Source: Candidatus Omnitrophota bacterium (GTDB lineage: Bacteria > Omnitrophota > Omnitrophia > Omnitrophales > Aquincolibacteriaceae). Taken from it: a stretch of DNA of 64,000 bases. Position 1 is the first letter of the stretch; every line of letters begins with the position of its first letter. A model generated the notes under the pieces. The model had not been told where the DNA came from. It saw nothing but the letters and a program-made list of their open reading frames with translations, and did no database searches. Position numbers and translations under genes: made by a program. The stretch is from NCBI GenBank assembly GCA_043821445.1, contig JBDRCT010000013.1, positions 6,270 to 70,269 of the forward strand. Direction: 5' to 3'. This document shows, in pieces, positions 21,501-27,500 of the stretch.

Positions 21501-24500
21501 ATCCCGCATTTCGGCCCGTACAATGGGAGAAGCTGATTGAGTCATAGCGTTAGTTTTACTAACGGAAGCGTCTAGGGGAACATCCTCGCCCGTGTGTAGG
21601 CGGACCTCGGAACGTAAAACATCTTTGCGCGAGATAGTTGAACTTTCAAGGCGCGCACCGAACGGCTTGCCTGCGGGAAAATCACGCGTAAACCTTTCAA
21701 AACGTTTGAAAAGCGCCACGGCTTGCTCGTAGATCGCATCATCCGTGTTCAGTTTTGACATCTCGAGCAAGAACCATCCCGCATATTGCCAAAGAAAAGT
21801 TCCGCGGATAAATTCGGGCAAGGCTTCGAGCTCTTCGACGGTCAAAGGCTCGCGCGCTTCTGCTTGATATCCCCGCACGATCGCCTGCAGCACCTCAAGA
21901 TCATAAGACCTGCCTTTTTCAGGCCCGCGCGCCATCGCCGGGTTCTTCAGGTCCTCGAGCCGCGCCTGATAACGCAGTTTGCCGTAATCATAGACCGCAA
22001 GTGCGGTATGGCCGTCGCCGGTAAAGCGCATGTTATGAAGGCTTAAGTCCGCGGACACGAACGCCTTCGGCAGTCTTTCATAAAGAGAGTCCGGAAGATT
22101 GGCCCGCAGGATCTTCATTTGGGAGAGAACTAACGGGAGGTTCTCCAAAAAGAGTTTTTCGCCCCGGCCAAGACGCGCTGCTCCTGCGGTGAGCTCTCTG
22201 ATCCGGAGCGCGATCCCTAATGATTCAAAATCTTTGTCCCGCTCAAGGATCGCGATCAACGGTTTTTCGCTCTTGCCGCCCTCCAGCTTAAAGCCTCCGG
22301 AAATATTTTGAAATGCGGCGATCAACGCGCCAAGATCCTCAAATTGTTTTAAGTTCGCGTCCTCATAGCGGATCTCCACACCCCGGGAGATTGCTTCTTC
22401 AAGAACGTAATAACCGCCATCAAGTTCGACCAGAAAATCATCCGCGACATTCCCCGCGCGCCCCTTGAGCGGAATAAGCCGTGGGACTGAAGACACGCCG
22501 CTTTGCTGTAACGCGTTCTGATAAGACACGATGTATTGGGCACCCGGACGGGAAGTGCTTAATTTTTTGAACACGAACGAACCTTCCTTCGATCGAAGGA
22601 GAATAGGCACTTGAGGTTTTACCGCATGCCCGATCGGGTAAGCGATCAGAGGGTCCGACAGTTCTAGATCATAATGGGAACGGACCGCATGGATCTTTTG
22701 ATCGAATGTTACCGGCGTGACGGCCAAGTCTTGAGATTTCGTGCTTTGCGCCATACCACCGCCGAGGTTTTTCTGTATTGTTATCGTCGCGGCAAGGACC
22801 GCCGGCGGTGTCCCGGCCAAGATCGAGAAATGCCTGTCTCGTTGGGCGCGATCAAGGATCGTCTGGTGGATCGCCCGCCCGATCTCAACGGCCGTACCTT
22901 GTTCGATGCTGAACGCAACAAACCCGGCAGTGACTACACCCCCCGCTTTCTTGAATATACCCCCCGCTTTTTTAAGAAGATAGCTTGAGGCAGCGATATC
23001 CCAAAGCGAAGGCCCATGATCACCGCCCTTCCAGAAAAGATGGGGCGCCTCCGTATCTTGACCCGAGTAAGCGATCCCCGCGAGGTTCAGGACTACGGAG
23101 CGCGTGTTATGTGAAATGGACTTCCATCCATCGCCCACTCCCAGGATGGGCGCGAGAACATTCTGAGGGTCATCATCGATCACCGCGCGAAGCTCCCCCG
23201 TCGACGATTCCTGACTGACACGCACCTGTTTTCCGTTCAAGTAAATGCCGCTGCGTTCCGCGGAAGCCTCGATCATGCCGAAACGCGGCGAGGCAACGAC
23301 GGCAAGCACCGGACGGCCCTTATAGTAGAGCGCGAGCGAAATGCCGTAATAGTCACTGCCGGGCTTGAGAAATTCCTTCGTCCCGTCGATCGGATCAAGG
23401 ATCCAGACAAAGTCCGAATCCGCGTTCTGCCAATTTTTCCGGGAGATCTCATTTTCCATCTTTTCTTCCGCGATCACGAAATGCTTCGGAAAACTTCTTT
23501 GGATCTCCGTAATGACGAATTGTTGGATAGTCTCGTCCGCTTCGGTCACAAGAGTAGGATTCCCGGAACCCGGCTCGATCTTGGTTTTTACGTCGAGACT
23601 CGAAAGCCGCCCCCGGAAATCGGCAAGGATCAGGCTTGCTTCACGAACGATCCAGCGGGCTTCAGCGGTCAGATCCCGGACCCGTTTCTTGTCGAGAGAG
23701 GCTTCGCGAAGCTCAAACGCTTTTGGAACGTGTTGGGTCTTTAAAAAAGGAAGTGTCGTCACGAAATTTTTCACGCGCCGGTAGGCTTGAAGAAAGATCT
23801 GAACGAAGCGGATCGCCGCAATGGCAGCTCTCGAGCCCACGATCGAAAGTTCTGCGCTTAAATGAATACCGGGACGCGTCAACACGCGCCCCGACATGCG
23901 AATCCGCTGTTCAAGAAGCCCGACGGTCATATGGAATACCTGCAAGATAACGGATACCGAAGTGCCGACCCGGCTTTCTTTCCAATAAACAGGCACCTCC
24001 TCGACAGTAAAGCCTTTTTCGCGCGCCAGAAGCAAAAGTTCCGTGTCGAAAGAAAGAAGGAGATCCTTCGTATCGGGAACGACCGCGAGCGCCGCTTCCC
24101 GGCTGAACGCCTTAAAGCCGGCCTGTGTATCACGGATTTTCCCCAGGGGCAGAATGAACCGCACCGCGATATTGTAAAGAGCGCTTGAGATGCTCCGAAA
24201 ACCCTCTCTACCGACGACCCGGGACCTGGGATGACCGCGCGAGCCGATCGCGACGCCGGCGCCGCCGGCCACGATCCGCTCCAGAAGCGACCCGACCTGG
24301 ATCAAGTTCGTGGAAAGATCGACATCGGTGTAAACCAGATAATCCGCGCCGCGATCGAGTGCGTCCTTCATCCCGAAAAGAATGCCCCCGCCCTTTTGGC
24401 TCTTTTTATTTTTTGAAAAAATGACGCGGACCTTCCCGGATCTTACGTATTCCGGAAAAAGCTCTTCGGCTTTTTGTGCGATCCGCTTGCCGGTCTTCCC

Positions 24501-27500
24501 CTCCGGGCTCGAATCATCGACGATGATAAGTTCATAATCATAAGAACTGTTCAGCGCGAAGAGCACATCCAACTCTTGCCGCACTTTGACCCTCAGCGCG
24601 TCCTGCCCTTCGATCTCCTCGTCAGGCGAAAAGAAGCGTGTGCCGCTCCTTGAAGAAATAACAATGCTTACCTTTCTTTTTTGGCCTTCGGGCAGGCGCG
24701 GTAATTTCGCCATTGATTCCATCGACTTCTCAAATTCGTACTGGCCTCGATAGGAACTTTCCGCCGGCATGACGGAACAAATAAGCTTCACCGCAGCAGC
24801 GCGAATGCGCTCAAGGATCATGGAACCGGGGCGAGCGGCAAAACGCGCCCGTTCTTCAGCCGACAGCACGGAAACGGTCTGGGACGTATAAGCCAGCCGC
24901 TCAAGCTTTGCCTTGATCTCCGCATGGATCAAAGGCCCCCTCTCGTTCAGCTTGATCTCTTTAAGCGCCCGTGTCTTGATCGCCGTGTAAAGGCCGGAAT
25001 CATCGGAAACCGTATCCGTGCTTGCCTGAAGCACCGGTAACGCTAAGGCTTCAAAAAAATCACCGCCCAGAGGCGCCCGGTCCTCTGCCAAAATGGTCGC
25101 CTCTCCTGTCGCAAGCGCGATCCCCTGCTGAAGCGCTTGTCCCGCCTCATGCGCTCGAGGATTCGTCACAAGTTGGAAGGTGCGGCCTGATGTCTTGGAA
25201 CCCGGTTCCTCGCTTAGCCGTTTGAGTTCCTCGAACCGTTCGCGCCGGAGTGTTTGACTGCGCGCGTCAACGGTAACGATCACTTGCTCGCTGACTTTTC
25301 CGCTTTGTTCAGAATGGAGATATTCGCTGAGCCGGTCGATGAAGGTGTCATCACTGAGTGTTGTGCCTATCACGATCGAAACCTGCGGGCGAACCCCCTC
25401 CGCCAGATCCTCCCCGGTCTGCTTCGCCCCAGCATCCCGCATCTCAGAACGGGCCGCCTTGGGATCTGGGCGAGCCTCGCTCCGTGCTTTGCCGGAGCGG
25501 GTGTTCAGAAAATGAAGGAAGGTTTTTTCGAGGCCTTCCCGAAGAGGAATGGCCGGAGCATATCCCAGGAACACGCGGGCTCTCGTAAGGTCAGGCCGGC
25601 GCCGGGCGGGATCGGAGGGATCTTTGACCTCCGCGATCCGGACAGGGACCGTTCTGTGAAGGTATTTTTGACCGAGTGCGTTGACAAGGTCCGCAAGCTC
25701 GCGAAGCGTGAACTCTGAATCATTGCCGATATTGAAAACGCGTTTCTGGACCGGCGTCTCCGGGCCCAGCTTGTCCGATCTCAGGAGCTTCAACAACCCG
25801 TCCACGGTATCATCTACATATCCGAAGCTCCGCGTGATCTTGTCGTTCCCATTGATCTCGATCGGTTTCCCTTGAAGCACTTTTTCGATGAAATTCGTGA
25901 TCACGCGCCCGTCATCGATCCGCATGAAAGGCCCGTAGGTATTAAAGATCCTTGCGATGCGGAGGTCGAGTCCTTCTCCGGCATAACGCGAGGCGTACAA
26001 TTTCATTAATGTTTCCGCGCCGCGCTTGGATTGGTCATACTGGGACCGCATCCTGAAGGGGCTGACGTTCCCCGCATAGGTCTCGGGCTGGGGATGGACC
26101 GCGGCATCCCCGTAAACTTCGGAGGTCGATGTGAAAAGGAACTGCGCGTGCTTGCGGCGCGCCAATTCCATCATTTCACGGATAGCCTGCAATCCGGCCC
26201 GTAGAGCTTCACGAGGATGCCCATAATAATCCGGCGGACTCGCGAGCGATGCAAGATGAAGGACCTGGTCGACAGGCCCTTCGATCTCGAAGGATTCGGA
26301 AACATCCCACTGTCTGAAATAAAAGTCCGGTTCATCCCGGAAGAACGAGGCGAAATCCTTGTTCGCACTTATCAGATTATCCAGGGCAATGACCTGATTC
26401 CCTTCCGCGAGAAGCTTCTTCACAAGGTTGATACCGATGAACCCTGCAGCACCCGTGACCACGATCCGTTTTTTCCCGCTCGGGACCCGCGGCAGAACCG
26501 GCCGGATAATCTCCGGTGCTGCATCGTTCTTTCCCGCTCTTACGATTTCAGCGATCGCACTCGGTTCCAGCAAAAGGTCCGATTCCGGAGTACGGGTTGT
26601 CTTAAGCACCTCCTCCAACCGGAATATCCTCGCTTCCATCTGGGCTTCGGGCGTCCTTGGCGTTTGTTTCTTTTTTAGGATGGCCGCCAAGGACAGCTCC
26701 GATTTCCGATCGTCTTTTTGATGATAATCGGTCGTCCCTGTGGCATCCCGGATATTTCTCGATAAGATATTTTTGACACCCTCCGCAATCTGCTCCGGAG
26801 AAACTTCCTTCCCGGGAAGCTGAAGCACGCGCACATCGACATTGCCCAATTCCTTGAAACGGAAGTAGGCGCTGGCCCAGGCTAACGCCGTGCGGGCCCC
26901 TTCGATCCAGGGCGCTTCATCCGCCAGCGGCCCGAACCCGTCCAGTTTCTCCGGGATCACAAGGACCACGGGCAATTTTTCCCGGGCGGCGCGTTCGAGA
27001 AGTTTTGGGAATTCAAAAACCATGGCGTGGAAATCGCGCCATGCCCGGTCGAGATCCGCCGGCCCCTTCGGCAAAAGCGGTGTTTGATACGCCAGCCCTT
27101 TTTCCGCACCGGTCTTGGCATCCCTCACCACCCAGGCCTTGGGTTCTTCCTTGGATGCGCTCAATCCGCTGATCATTTGCCGTGCCTCAGAGCGAATGCT
27201 TGGTGCTGTGGCCTTTTGGCCGGATTGCGGTTGATCAGAAGCGATGAGGCCCTTTTCAATCATAAGATTCAGAGTTGCGGGATCCAGCTCACTGCGCAGG
27301 TCACCGGCCAAGGAAGCCATCACGGCGAGTCTTTGGTGAATGACATTTTCTCCCCATGCATTCGCCATGACAAATTCGCTTTCGGGTCTTGCGGCCCGGG
27401 CGACATGAACAGGGACTTCAAAGGAGTGATGGCCCACCGACATTAGCTGTTTGTAATAGGCCTGGTGCCGTTTATCGTCCGGGTTGAACCGCGGAGAGAC

